Assembly (NCBI GenBank): GCA_027342785.1
Contig: DAHWPS010000115.1
Location: 7,052 to 71,051 of the forward strand
DNA: 64,000 bases
Direction: 5' to 3'
DNA from: Acidimicrobiaceae bacterium
GTDB lineage: Bacteria; Actinomycetota; Acidimicrobiia; Acidimicrobiales; RAAP-2
In this document: positions 53,282-62,259 of the stretch, in pieces
How positions within the stretch are numbered: position 1 is the stretch's first letter
How the letters are laid out: each line of letters begins with the position of its first letter
Notes under the pieces: model-generated
The model's input: the letters and a program-made list of their open reading frames with translations, nothing else
Told to the model about the DNA's origin: nothing
Database searches by the model: none
Made by a program: the position numbers and the translations under genes

Positions 53282-54796
53282 ATGACGATGACCGTGCTAG
53301 GGGAGAGGGACCGGCTCGGGGTGAAGCCTGGGCGCCTGTACGTCGACGGCGCGTGGTGCGACGCGTCCGACGGAGGGACGTGGGAGCAGGTGAACCCCGC
53401 GACCAACGAGGTGGTCACCACGTTCGCCGTCGGCTCGGCCGACGACGTGGACCGCGCGGTGCGCGCAGCCCGCCGAGCGTTCGACGAGGGTCCGTGGCCC
53501 CGGATGCATGCCAAGGACCGCAAGGCCATTCTCCAGCGTCTGGTCTCCCTCATCGCCGACCACGGTGACGAGCTGAACCGGCTGCAGACCCTGGAGAACG
53601 GGATGCCTGTCTCGTTCAGCTCGATGGCCGTCGTCTCCAGCGCCATGGCGGCGGCGATATTCGACCACCATGCCGGCTGGATCGACAAGATCTGCGGCGA
53701 GACGTTCCCGACGTACGAGCCGTCGCCCACCGGGGCCGACGTCCAAGTCATGACGTTCCGAGAGCCGGTGGGTGTGGTGGCGGCCGTCATCCCCTGGAAC
53801 GCCCCGATGATGCTCTTCGCCCAGAAAGTCGCCCCCGCGCTCGCCACCGGGTGCACCGTGGTCCTCAAGCCTTCGGAGTACGCCGCGCTGACTTCGCTGC
53901 GCCTGACTGAGCTCGTCGAGGAGGCCGGCGTGCCCGCAGGGGTGTTCAACCTCGTGCCCGGCCCCGGAGACCCGACCGGTGAGGCCCTCATCACCCACCC
54001 CGGGGTGGACAAGGTCACTTTCACCGGGAGCCGGGCTGTGGGCGCCAGGATCCTCGCGGCCAGCGGGGACGGGATCAAGCGGGTGACGCTCGAGCTGGGT
54101 GGCAAGAGCCCCAGCATCGTGTTCGACGATGCCGCCAGCGTGGAAGGCGCGGCCATGGTGGCCATGGGGATGGTGTCGATGGGGGTGTCCGGGCAAGGCT
54201 GCGTCTGCCAGACCAGGTCGCTCGTCCAGCGTTCGGTGTACGACGCCTTCATCGAGGCGGCAGCCGGGCTGACCGGCATGGTTGCGTTCGGCGATCCTTT
54301 CGATCCGTCCACCACGTCGGGAGCCATCATCAACCAGCGCCAGCTCGAGCGGGTGCTCGGGTTCATCGAGCGGGCGCCATCAGAGGGTGCCCGGCTGGTC
54401 TGCGGGGGCGACCGCCCGGGAGGTGACCTCGCGCAGGGGAATTTCGTCAACCCGACCCTTTTCGCCGACGTCGACAACACCATGTCGGTGGCCCGGGACG
54501 AAGTGTTCGGCCCGGTCCTGGTGGCCATGCCCTTCGAGGACGAGGCGGACGCGATCCGCATCGCCAACGACACCCAGTACGGGTTGGGAGCCGGGGTCTA
54601 CACGACCAACATCGCCCGGGCGTTCCGAGTGGCCAGGGCAGTCCGTGCCGGCACGGTGGGGGTGAACGAGTACACCTTGATGCCGAATGCTCCCTTCGGC
54701 GGGTACAAGACCTCCGGCCTTGGCCGGGAAGGGGGCTGGGGTTCCATCGAGGCGTTCACCGAGACCAAGTCGGTCATCGTGGGGCTGGACGGCTAG
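53282..54796 (+). CDS. NAD(P)-dependent aldehyde dehydrogenase
   Basis: ATG 53282 follows GGAAGGGAG. It has the catalytic-region motifs ELGGKSP and GQGCVCQTR plus PFGGYKTSGLGRE. Confidence 0.9.
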   Translation: MTMTVLGERDRLGVKPGRLYVDGAWCDASDGGTWEQVNPATNEVVTTFAVGSADDVDRAVRAARRAFDEGPWPRMHAKDRKAILQRLVSLIADHGDELNRLQTLENGMPVSFSSMAVVSSAMAAAIFDHHAGWIDKICGETFPTYEPSPTGADVQVMTFREPVGVVAAVIPWNAPMMLFAQKVAPALATGCTVVLKPSEYAALTSLRLTELVEEAGVPAGVFNLVPGPGDPTGEALITHPGVDKVTFTGSRAVGARILAASGDGIKRVTLELGGKSPSIVFDDAASVEGAAMVAMGMVSMGVSGQGCVCQTRSLVQRSVYDAFIEAAAGLTGMVAFGDPFDPSTTSGAIINQRQLERVLGFIERAPSEGARLVCGGDRPGGDLAQGNFVNPTLFADVDNTMSVARDEVFGPVLVAMPFEDEADAIRIANDTQYGLGAGVYTTNIARAFRVARAVRAGTVGVNEYTLMPNAPFGGYKTSGLGREGGWGSIEAFTETKSVIVGLDG

Positions 54797-54808
54797 CAGG
54801 CCCTGGCA

Positions 54809-56368
54809 ATGCTGTCCCAGACCGTCACCGAGGCGGCGCAGAGGTTCGGCAGCCGCCCGGCTCTGGTGGCCGAGGAGGGGTGGTCGCTCGGGTTCGACGA
54901 TCTGGCCCGGCTCTCCGACGAGGTTGCCGCCGGTCTCGCCGAGCGCGGGGTGCACCAGGGCGACGTGGTCGCCCTGGTGCTGCCGGCATCGCCTGAGCAT
55001 TTCGTCGTCTATGCGGCTGTCGCGAAGTTGGGCGGGATCACCGCTGCGGTGAACCCCAGGCTTTCCCCGGTCGAGCAGCGCAAGGTCCTCGCGTCGCTCT
55101 TTCCACGTTGGATCGTGTCGACGCCCGCCCTCGCCGAGACCTTTGGCGCGACCCTCGACACCGGCCGAGTGGTGCTGGTCGAACCGGCGACGTCGGCCAC
55201 CTCCATGCTCGAAGAGGTCCGAGCCTGCGGTGGCGTGCCGCCGCTTGCCGACGAGCCGGATCGTCCTGTCGTGATCGTATGCACGTCAGGCACGACCGGG
55301 ACCCCAAAAGGGGCCGTCTTCGCCAGCCGCCAGCTCGAGTTCATCACCGAGACCGACGTCGGTCCAGCCTGGGGAGGCGGCGGACCGGTACTGGCCGGTC
55401 CCGCGCTCGCGCACTTGGGACCCATGACCAAATGGGCCGGCAACCTCCGGCGAGGCGCCACCTTGTACGTGAGCGGATCATGGACGGCGGCCGGCGCCCT
55501 CCGGCAGATGGCCGAGCTGGGGGTCACCGTGCTCGGTGGCGTGCCCACCCAGCTCGCCCTCATGCTGCGCGAGCCGGACCTTGGCCGTTACGACCTGTCG
55601 CGGCTGCGAGCGATCGTGATCGGTGGTGGTCCGGCCCCACCGGCGCTGGTGCGCGAGGCTCGCCAGCAGTTCAATGTCCCGCTCGCCGTGCGTTTCTCGT
55701 GCACCGAGGCCGGGATCGGCACCGGGACGGCGTTCGACGATCCGCTTGAGGACGCCGAGCTCAGCGTGGGGCGTCCGCAGCCGGGAGTGTCCCTGCGGAT
55801 CGTCGACGCGCACGGCGATCCCCTTCCTCCCGGCGAGGTCGGCGAAGTGGTGCTCTCGTCGCCGGCCGTGATGAGCGGGTACTGGCGTGCCCCCGAGGCC
55901 ACTGCGGCTGCCCTCGTGGACGACGGTGTTCGCACCGGTGACCTCGGTTGGGTGGACGAGCGCGGCAGGCTGCGCCTGGCCGGGCGGGCCACCGAGCGCA
56001 TCGTGCGGGGCGGCAACAACATCCACCCGATCGAAGTCGAAGCGGTATTGAGCGATCACCCCGACGTGGCGGCGGCGGCACTCGTGGGTCGGGCCGACCC
56101 GGTGATGGGAGAGGTCGGTGTGGCGGTCGTGGTGCCTCGCTCGGGCTGTCCTGCACCCACATTGGACCGGCTTCGGTCGTTCGCCGCCGAGCGCCTGGCG
56201 CGCTACAAGCTGCCTGACGACCTGCTCGTCGTCGACCGGCTCCCGCTCACGGCGATGGACAAGGTGGATCGCCGGGCGCTCGAGGACATGGTGGCCTCGC
56301 CGTCGTCGACATCCGGACCGGGTCCGGAAGGGGGGCCTGGCGCGGGAGCAGAGCCCGATGCCGAGTGA
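54809..56368 (+). CDS. AMP-binding acyl-CoA synthetase (FadD-like)
   Basis: It has IVCTSGTTGTPKGA, TGDLG and MDKVDRR. 519 aa. Confidence 0.85.
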   Translation: MLSQTVTEAAQRFGSRPALVAEEGWSLGFDDLARLSDEVAAGLAERGVHQGDVVALVLPASPEHFVVYAAVAKLGGITAAVNPRLSPVEQRKVLASLFPRWIVSTPALAETFGATLDTGRVVLVEPATSATSMLEEVRACGGVPPLADEPDRPVVIVCTSGTTGTPKGAVFASRQLEFITETDVGPAWGGGGPVLAGPALAHLGPMTKWAGNLRRGATLYVSGSWTAAGALRQMAELGVTVLGGVPTQLALMLREPDLGRYDLSRLRAIVIGGGPAPPALVREARQQFNVPLAVRFSCTEAGIGTGTAFDDPLEDAELSVGRPQPGVSLRIVDAHGDPLPPGEVGEVVLSSPAVMSGYWRAPEATAAALVDDGVRTGDLGWVDERGRLRLAGRATERIVRGGNNIHPIEVEAVLSDHPDVAAAALVGRADPVMGEVGVAVVVPRSGCPAPTLDRLRSFAAERLARYKLPDDLLVVDRLPLTAMDKVDRRALEDMVASPSSTSGPGPEGGPGAGAEPDAE

Positions 56369-56392
56369 GCGCGGCTGTTGTCCCTGCTTGTG

Positions 56393-56408
56393 AAACATTT
56401 CTCAATGT
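56393..56408. promoter_or_regulatory. AACATT-TCTC-AATGTT inverted repeat inside an AT-rich island
   Basis: Read directly. It sits in an unusually AT-rich stretch of about 60 nt between the FadD-like stop and the DUF35 gene. Confidence 0.35.
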
Positions 56409-56516
56409 TCTTGTATTGCATTTGCAGGTTGTTCGGGGTAAAACCTGGGCAGCGAGGACGCCGCCTCGTCCGGTTCGGAGGGCGGCGGGTCGGCGGGCGC
56501 ACCGCCGGGCCGTGAG

Positions 56517-57020
56517 ATGGGGGCCGGAGGGGGCACGACCCGGCGGTGGAGTCCGCACAGCGAGCCAGCGGTCGCGACTCGGGGTGCCGCGGGCGGCGCT
56601 ACATTTCCTGCGGTGGACGACTCGTCGGCGGTGCACGCAGGGCTCTATTCGTCCGGGCCGCCTGTCCGGCTGCTCGGCAGCTCGTGTGATGCATGCGGGA
56701 TGCGTTCGTTCCCGAGAGTGGCGCGATGCGGGTACTGCGGGACGCCCGGGAGCAGACCGGTGGACCTGGAGCCCGGCGGGCGGCTCTGGGCGTGGACGGC
56801 GGTGACCACCGCGCCACCCGGCTACCGAGGCGAGGTGCCGTTCGGTTTCGGGGTCGTCGAGCTGGACGGCGGTCCCCGGGTGATCGGACGGCTGACCGAG
56901 CCCGACCCTTCGAGGCTGGAAGCCGGCCAGTCGATGCGAGTCGTCGTCGTGCCGCTCCACGCCGACGACGAGGGGCGTCGCGTCACGACCTATGCGTTCG
57001 CTCCGAGCGAAGCCCGATGA
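56517..57020 (+). CDS. DUF35 (Zn-ribbon plus OB-fold) protein, thiolase partner type
   Basis: It has a rubredoxin-like CDACG...CGYCG followed by an OB segment WAWTAVTT...FGFGVVELDGGPRVIGRL. An ATGA overlap joins it to the next thiolase-like gene. The N-terminal boundary is uncertain. Confidence 0.75.
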   Translation: MGAGGGTTRRWSPHSEPAVATRGAAGGATFPAVDDSSAVHAGLYSSGPPVRLLGSSCDACGMRSFPRVARCGYCGTPGSRPVDLEPGGRLWAWTAVTTAPPGYRGEVPFGFGVVELDGGPRVIGRLTEPDPSRLEAGQSMRVVVVPLHADDEGRRVTTYAFAPSEAR

Positions 57021-58168
57021 CCGACGTCGTCGTGGCCGGCGTCGGGCTGCACCGTTTCGGGAGGTTCCCCGCGATCAGCCTCACCGACATGGGCGAGGTG
57101 GCCGTCGCCGACGCGCTCGCGGATGCCGACGTCACGCCGTCGGACTTCCAGGCGGCGTTCTGCGGGACCGCCTACGGCGGCGTGGCAACGGGTCACCGGG
57201 TGCTGGGCCGGCTCGCCATGACCGGCATGCCGATCGTCGACGTCGAGGCCGGGTGCGCCAGCGGTGCTGCCGCGCTCATGCTGGCGGCGGCAGCCATCCG
57301 GGCCGGGCAGTACACCACGGTCCTCGTGCTCGGCCTGGAGAAGATGCCCAAGGGCATGATCCGCTCCTCGTTCTTCGAGCCGTGGCAGGAAGAGGCCGGG
57401 CTCGCCGCTACCCCCGCGTACTTTGCCCTGCGGGCTCAACGGCTCATGGTGACGTCTGGCGTCACGAAGGACCACTTGGCGCGTGTCGTCGTGAAGAACC
57501 GCCGGCACGGTGCAAGCAATCCCGACGCGATGTACCAGGCCGAAGTCGACGCGTCGTCGGTCCTGGCGTCACGGGTCGTGTGCGAGCCACTCCATCTGTG
57601 GATGCTCTGCTCGCCCAACGAGGGGGCTGCAGCCGTGGTGCTCACCGCCGGGGACCGAAGCTCCGGTCCCCGTGCCCGGGCCGGCCAGGTCCGGCTGGCG
57701 TCGGCCGTCCTGCGCTCCCACCTCCCCGGCCCGGTGCTGAGCGAGTCCACCCCGATGTCGGGAACCACCGACGACACGGTCCCCTCGGCCAGCGCGCTCG
57801 CCGCCGCGGCGGCCTACGAGGAGGCGGGCATCGGTCCCGACGACCTCGACGTGGTCGAGTGCCAGGACACCGACGCCGCCCGGGAGCTCCTCTCCTACGA
57901 AGAGCTCGGACTGTGCCCGCCCGGCGGGGCTGCCGAGCTGATCGAGTCAGGTGCGACCGAGCTCGGCGGGCGGCTTCCGGTCAACCCGAGCGGGGGGCTG
58001 CTGTCCAAAGGTGAGCCGCTCGGAGCATCGGCCGTGGGCCAGGTCGTCGAGCTGGTTCGCCAGCTCCGGGGCGAGGCCGGGCCACGTCAGTGCGCAGGCG
58101 CCGCCGTGGCCTTGGCCCATACGGTGGGTCGAGGGGCGAACGCCGGGGTGACCATCCTCACTCGCTGA
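57017..58168 (+). CDS. thiolase-like lipid-transfer protein (Ltp/SCP-x type)
   Basis: It begins MTDVVVAGVGLHRFGRF and has VEAGCASGAAAL and NPSGGLLSKGEPLGASA. 383 aa. Confidence 0.85.
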   Translation: MTDVVVAGVGLHRFGRFPAISLTDMGEVAVADALADADVTPSDFQAAFCGTAYGGVATGHRVLGRLAMTGMPIVDVEAGCASGAAALMLAAAAIRAGQYTTVLVLGLEKMPKGMIRSSFFEPWQEEAGLAATPAYFALRAQRLMVTSGVTKDHLARVVVKNRRHGASNPDAMYQAEVDASSVLASRVVCEPLHLWMLCSPNEGAAAVVLTAGDRSSGPRARAGQVRLASAVLRSHLPGPVLSESTPMSGTTDDTVPSASALAAAAAYEEAGIGPDDLDVVECQDTDAARELLSYEELGLCPPGGAAELIESGATELGGRLPVNPSGGLLSKGEPLGASAVGQVVELVRQLRGEAGPRQCAGAAVALAHTVGRGANAGVTILTR

Positions 58169-58892
58169 GCATGCCCGAGATGTCGTCGTGGACGGCGCGG
58201 GTGAGCGAGGCGACCGCGGCACGAGTGTCCATGCCCAGGCGAGCCAGGCGCCGCAAGGTCCCGGGACGCCGTGCTGCCATCCGAGCGGCCGCCAGCGGGT
58301 CGATCCGACCGTCGGCGCGCAGCAGGGTGATCATGGTGGCGTCGAGGATGCCGTCGGCGACACGGTCGCTCATGGAGCGGTAGACGGACCATGGGATGCC
58401 CTTTCGGTCGCACACCGCGGCGACCGCTGCGGTCTCCATGTCGACGGCCGAGATGCCCGAGGCACCCAAGGCGGCGGCCGTGTCGGACCCGGTGACGAGA
58501 GCGTCGCAGGTGAGGAGCGTCCCGCGCGGTGCGGTCGCGCTTGGCTGTGGCTGGTACAGCCGACCGGACGCCTGGTCGACGACGGCTCGGGGCACGAGGA
58601 GATCGGCGACCCCGAGGGCGGGGTCGACGGCGCCCGACACACCTGCGACGATCACCCGGCGAGCTGCCTCTGCTCCCAGGATCCTCGAGGTCGACCGTTC
58701 GGCCCTCTCGGGACCGATCCCGATGGTGGCCACGACAACCCGCTCGCCTTTTACCGACCCGGTCCAGCTCCGGTGCCCGTCCGAGGTCGACGGCGCCAGC
58801 CCCAGGGCGCGGACGAGGGGGCGCACCTCGGTCGCCATGGCGGCCAGCACGATGACGGCTGGGGTGGCCGATGTCCCTGCCGCGCTGCTCAC
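58158..58892 (-). CDS. PNP/UDP-type nucleosidase/phosphorylase family protein (MTA/SAH-nucleosidase-like)
   Basis: From GTG 58892, which forms a GTGA overlap with the CoA-transferase stop. It has VIVLAAMATEVRPL, ATIGIGPERA and SAVDMETAAVAAV, followed by a helical C-terminal extension. Confidence 0.65.
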   Translation of the reverse strand: MSSAAGTSATPAVIVLAAMATEVRPLVRALGLAPSTSDGHRSWTGSVKGERVVVATIGIGPERAERSTSRILGAEAARRVIVAGVSGAVDPALGVADLLVPRAVVDQASGRLYQPQPSATAPRGTLLTCDALVTGSDTAAALGASGISAVDMETAAVAAVCDRKGIPWSVYRSMSDRVADGILDATMITLLRADGRIDPLAAARMAARRPGTLRRLARLGMDTRAAVASLTRAVHDDISGMLSE

Positions 58893-60127
58893 ACGATCCC
58901 CCGCTCGACGAGTGACGACAGCTCGCCAGGGGTGAGCCCGCAGAGCCCGCACCAGATCTCTTCGTTGTGCTGGCCGAGCGTCGGCGCACCCGATGGCGGG
59001 ACCGGTGCGAGACCTGTGTAGCGGGGGAAGGGCGCCTGCTGGCGGATGGGGCCGGCGACCGGGTCTTCGACCGTGACCAAGTCGCCTCGCTGCGCGACGT
59101 GCGGGTCGGCGAAGATGTCGGCCGCGGTGTAGGCCGTCGCCACCGGGACGTCGTGGGCGATGCAGCGGCGCTCGATCTCCGCTGCCGTGAGGCCGGACGT
59201 CCACCGGGCAACCAGGTCGTTGATCTCGTCTCCGTGCTCGGCGCGTGCGGCCAAGCTGGAGAAGCGGAGGTCGTCGACGAGGTCGGGACGCTCCATCGCC
59301 TCGCACAGGCGGGCGAAGTTCGCGTCGGAACCGGCCACGATGCACACGTACGAGCCGTCCGACGAGGGGTAGTTGTCCAGGGGCGCCGAGTGCCCGAGGC
59401 GGTTCCCCTCTCGCCGGCGGACCGTACCGAGCCGGTCGTAGCCGGCCAACGTCCACTCGAGGATCCTGAGCACCGCGCCGTACAGCGAGGCGTCGACGAC
59501 TCGCCCGCCGGTCTCGCTGCGGCCGGCAGCCGAGTCCCGCTCGTAGAGGGCGGCGACCGCAGCCAGCGCGGCAAAGACGCCGGTGAGGTAGTCCGACACC
59601 GTCACCCCGGGTCGCACCGGCGGTCGGTCGGGCTCACCGGTGAGGTGCAGTAGCCCGCCATAGGCAATACCCATACGGTCGAGACCGGGCCGAAAGGCGT
59701 TCGGGCCCGACTGCCCGAACACGCTGATGCGGATGTAGACCAGAGATGGGTCCAGGTCGTCGGGACCCAAGTGCCAGCGTTCCATCGTCATGGGCCGGAA
59801 GTTCTCGCAGACGACGTCGGCACGAGCGGTGAGCCGCCGGAAGAGATCCTGGCCTTCTGGCGTGCGGAGGTCGCACGTCACCCCCAGCCGACCCCGGCCT
59901 TCGACAGCCCACGGCAGGGAGTAGCCCGGGCCCTCGTCGTCAGTCGGGAGGAAGGGTCCCATGGTCCGCATGAAGTCCCCGCCACCGGGCATCTCGACCT
60001 TGATCACATCGGCACCGAGCTCGCCGAGCAGCCCCGCGCAGAACGGCGCCGAGATCCTGGTCCCGGCGTCGATCACCCGGATGCCCGACAGCGGCGCAGC
60101 GCGCTCAGGCACTGCCGGGAGGGACAT
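58889..60127 (-). CDS. CaiB/BaiF family (class III) CoA-transferase
   Basis: It has LSGIRVIDAGTRISAPFCAGLLGELGADVIKVE and a family-III length of 412 aa. Confidence 0.85.
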   Translation of the reverse strand: MSLPAVPERAAPLSGIRVIDAGTRISAPFCAGLLGELGADVIKVEMPGGGDFMRTMGPFLPTDDEGPGYSLPWAVEGRGRLGVTCDLRTPEGQDLFRRLTARADVVCENFRPMTMERWHLGPDDLDPSLVYIRISVFGQSGPNAFRPGLDRMGIAYGGLLHLTGEPDRPPVRPGVTVSDYLTGVFAALAAVAALYERDSAAGRSETGGRVVDASLYGAVLRILEWTLAGYDRLGTVRRREGNRLGHSAPLDNYPSSDGSYVCIVAGSDANFARLCEAMERPDLVDDLRFSSLAARAEHGDEINDLVARWTSGLTAAEIERRCIAHDVPVATAYTAADIFADPHVAQRGDLVTVEDPVAGPIRQQAPFPRYTGLAPVPPSGAPTLGQHNEEIWCGLCGLTPGELSSLVERGIV

Positions 60128-60968
60128 CGCCGCGGTCCCGGTCGGCCAGCACCTCTCTCATCGAGGTCGTCCGGCGGCGCGCCTCGAGCGCGCCGAGCGC
60201 CGTCGAAGTGTTGTGCATCCAATGGTGGGCCATGAAGTGGTACTTCCACGAGTCCGACTGTCCCATGAGGTCGGCGGTGTAGTTGAGGGAGTCTTTCACC
60301 ACCTGGGCGGTGACCGGCGGGACCAGCGCGATCCTCTCGGCCAGCTCCATCGCCCGGTCGTCGAGCTCACCGGCCGGGACGACCCGGTTCACGAGGCCCA
60401 GCCTCCAGGCTTCCTGGGCGTCGATGATGTCGCCGGTGAGGAGGAACTCCTTGGCCTTGCGGATCCCCAGCTCCCAAGGCTCCACGAGCAGCTCGACCCC
60501 GGCACCGGTCATCTTGAGCACCGGGTTGGAGAACTTCGCGTCGTCGGCGGCGACAATGAGGTCGCACATACAGGCCAGCATGAGACCGGCGGCCACGCAG
60601 CTCCCCTTGACGGCGGCGATGGTGGGCTTGCGGAAGTCGCGGATGCGCCGGCACCGATCGAAGTACATGATCTTCTCGTGCTCGAACTTTCCCTCGGGCG
60701 TCTCCCTCAGCTTGGTCCACCGGTCGCCTTCTTCGTGGCCGACCAGCGCTTTCAAGTCGTGGCCCGACGAGAAGTGCTTGCCGGAGCCGGTCAGGATGAC
60801 CACCCGCACCGTGTCGTCGACGTCGGCTCGGTCCAAGCACGCGTCGATGCCGTCGATGAGTGCCGAATCCTGAGCGTTGGCCACATGAGGACGGTTCATC
60901 GTCACGATGGCCACTGCGCCGTCGACCCGGTAGAGGACCGGGTCGGTGTCGTGTTCCTGGTCGCCCAT
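60105..60968 (-). CDS. enoyl-CoA hydratase/isomerase (crotonase)
   Basis: It has GAVAIVTMNRPHVANAQD, FSSGHDLK and KGSCVAAGLMLACMCD. Its 3' end overlaps the CoA-transferase start by 23 nt. Confidence 0.85.
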   Translation of the reverse strand: MGDQEHDTDPVLYRVDGAVAIVTMNRPHVANAQDSALIDGIDACLDRADVDDTVRVVILTGSGKHFSSGHDLKALVGHEEGDRWTKLRETPEGKFEHEKIMYFDRCRRIRDFRKPTIAAVKGSCVAAGLMLACMCDLIVAADDAKFSNPVLKMTGAGVELLVEPWELGIRKAKEFLLTGDIIDAQEAWRLGLVNRVVPAGELDDRAMELAERIALVPPVTAQVVKDSLNYTADLMGQSDSWKYHFMAHHWMHNTSTALGALEARRRTTSMREVLADRDRGDVPPGSA

Positions 60969-61007
60969 GGGCAGTCTCCCTCCCTCTGCGATCGCGGGCC
61001 GGACGCG

Positions 61008-62186
61008 CTAGCTCCGGGGCAGGCCCAGCACCCGGTCGCCCACCAGCGTGCGGTGGATCTCGTTCGTGCCGGCGAAGATCGACGCCGCTTGGTAGTAGAG
61101 CCAGCTCCGCTGCCACGCACCGTCTCCCGGGTTGTCGCCGGCCCCCTGCCACAGTGGTGCCACCGGGCCGAGGATCTCCATCGCCCGGCGGTGCAGGCGC
61201 TGGGACATCTCGCTCCAGTAGAGCTTGAGCGCACTTCCCTCCGGTCCGGGCTCCTCGCCTTTGGACAGCCGGGTGAGGGATCGCCAGTTGAGGATCTGGA
61301 ACAGCCGCACCTCGGTGTAGGACTCGGCCAGCGCCTGACGGCTCCGCCAGTCGTCGAAGGCTCCCTGCCGGTCGGCCAGGCGGAGGAGCTCGTCGACGAG
61401 CTGGGTGTGGATGACCAATTGGCGCGGGTTCACCCCCCGCTCGTGCGCCAGGGTGGAACCGGCCACGCTCCAGCCGCGCCCGGGCTCACCCAGCACGCGA
61501 TCTGCGGGGACGAACACGTCGGTGAAGAACACCTCGTTGAACTCGGCCTCGCCGGTGAGCTGGACGAGAGGCCGGACCTCCACGCCGTCGGCGTGCATGT
61601 CGACCACCAGCGCCGTGATCCCCTGCTGGGGGCGGGGCGTACCGGGTTCGGTCCGGGCCAGGCACAGGCCCCAGTCCGCAAACTGCGCGTACGACGTCCA
61701 GACCTTGCGCCCGTTGAGCACGTACCCGCCGTCCACCGGTTCACCTCGCGTGGTGAGCGACGCCAGGTCGCTCCCCGCGTCCGGCTCGCTGAAGAGCTGG
61801 CACCAGAGCTCGCCGGCCGACAGGATGCTCGGCAGCCACTGCCGGCGCTGCGCTGTCGTGCCGTGGGCGAGCAGGGTCGGGCCGACCAGGTTGATGCCGA
61901 TGCGTCCGACCAGCTCCGGCGCTCTCGCACGGGCCAGCTCCTCGGTCACGATGTAGTTCTCGACCGGTCCGAGCCCGCGCCCGCCCACTTCGACCGGCCA
62001 CGTGACACCGACCCATCCGGCTTCCGCCAGCGAGCGCTGCCAGCTCCGGCCAAACGCGACGGCTTCGGACAAGTCGTCGAACCGGGGCGGCAGGCCCACC
62101 CCGTACTCCCAGGGGAGATTGTGCTCGAGCCAGGACCGGATCTCTCGGCGAAGCGCCTCTTGGGCGGGGGTCGTTCGCAGGTCCAT
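61008..62186 (-). CDS. acyl-CoA dehydrogenase (alpha-type)
   Basis: From ATG 62186 it reads MDLRTTPAQEALRREIRSWL...WCQLFSEPDAGSDLASLTTRG...NGRKVWTSYAQ...FAGTNEIHRTLVG. Confidence 0.85.
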   Translation of the reverse strand: MDLRTTPAQEALRREIRSWLEHNLPWEYGVGLPPRFDDLSEAVAFGRSWQRSLAEAGWVGVTWPVEVGGRGLGPVENYIVTEELARARAPELVGRIGINLVGPTLLAHGTTAQRRQWLPSILSAGELWCQLFSEPDAGSDLASLTTRGEPVDGGYVLNGRKVWTSYAQFADWGLCLARTEPGTPRPQQGITALVVDMHADGVEVRPLVQLTGEAEFNEVFFTDVFVPADRVLGEPGRGWSVAGSTLAHERGVNPRQLVIHTQLVDELLRLADRQGAFDDWRSRQALAESYTEVRLFQILNWRSLTRLSKGEEPGPEGSALKLYWSEMSQRLHRRAMEILGPVAPLWQGAGDNPGDGAWQRSWLYYQAASIFAGTNEIHRTLVGDRVLGLPRS

Positions 62187-62221
62187 TGGGTTCACAGCAT
62201 GACACAGCCGCTGCTGGGACG

Positions 62222-62235
62222 TGACACGGATGTCA
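62222..62235. promoter_or_regulatory. TGACA-CGGA-TGTCA palindrome
   Basis: Read directly. It lies in the short divergent region between the ACAD starts at 62186 (minus) and about 62260 (plus). Confidence 0.55.
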
Positions 62236-62259
62236 GCTTGGAACCTAGACTCACCCGCC

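Noticed and set aside
62221-62259. GTG 62221 as the start of the beta-type ACAD.
   Set aside because: It would place the TGACA-N4-TGTCA palindrome in codons 1-5. The paralogs begin at the VDF... motif, which corresponds to GTG 62260.
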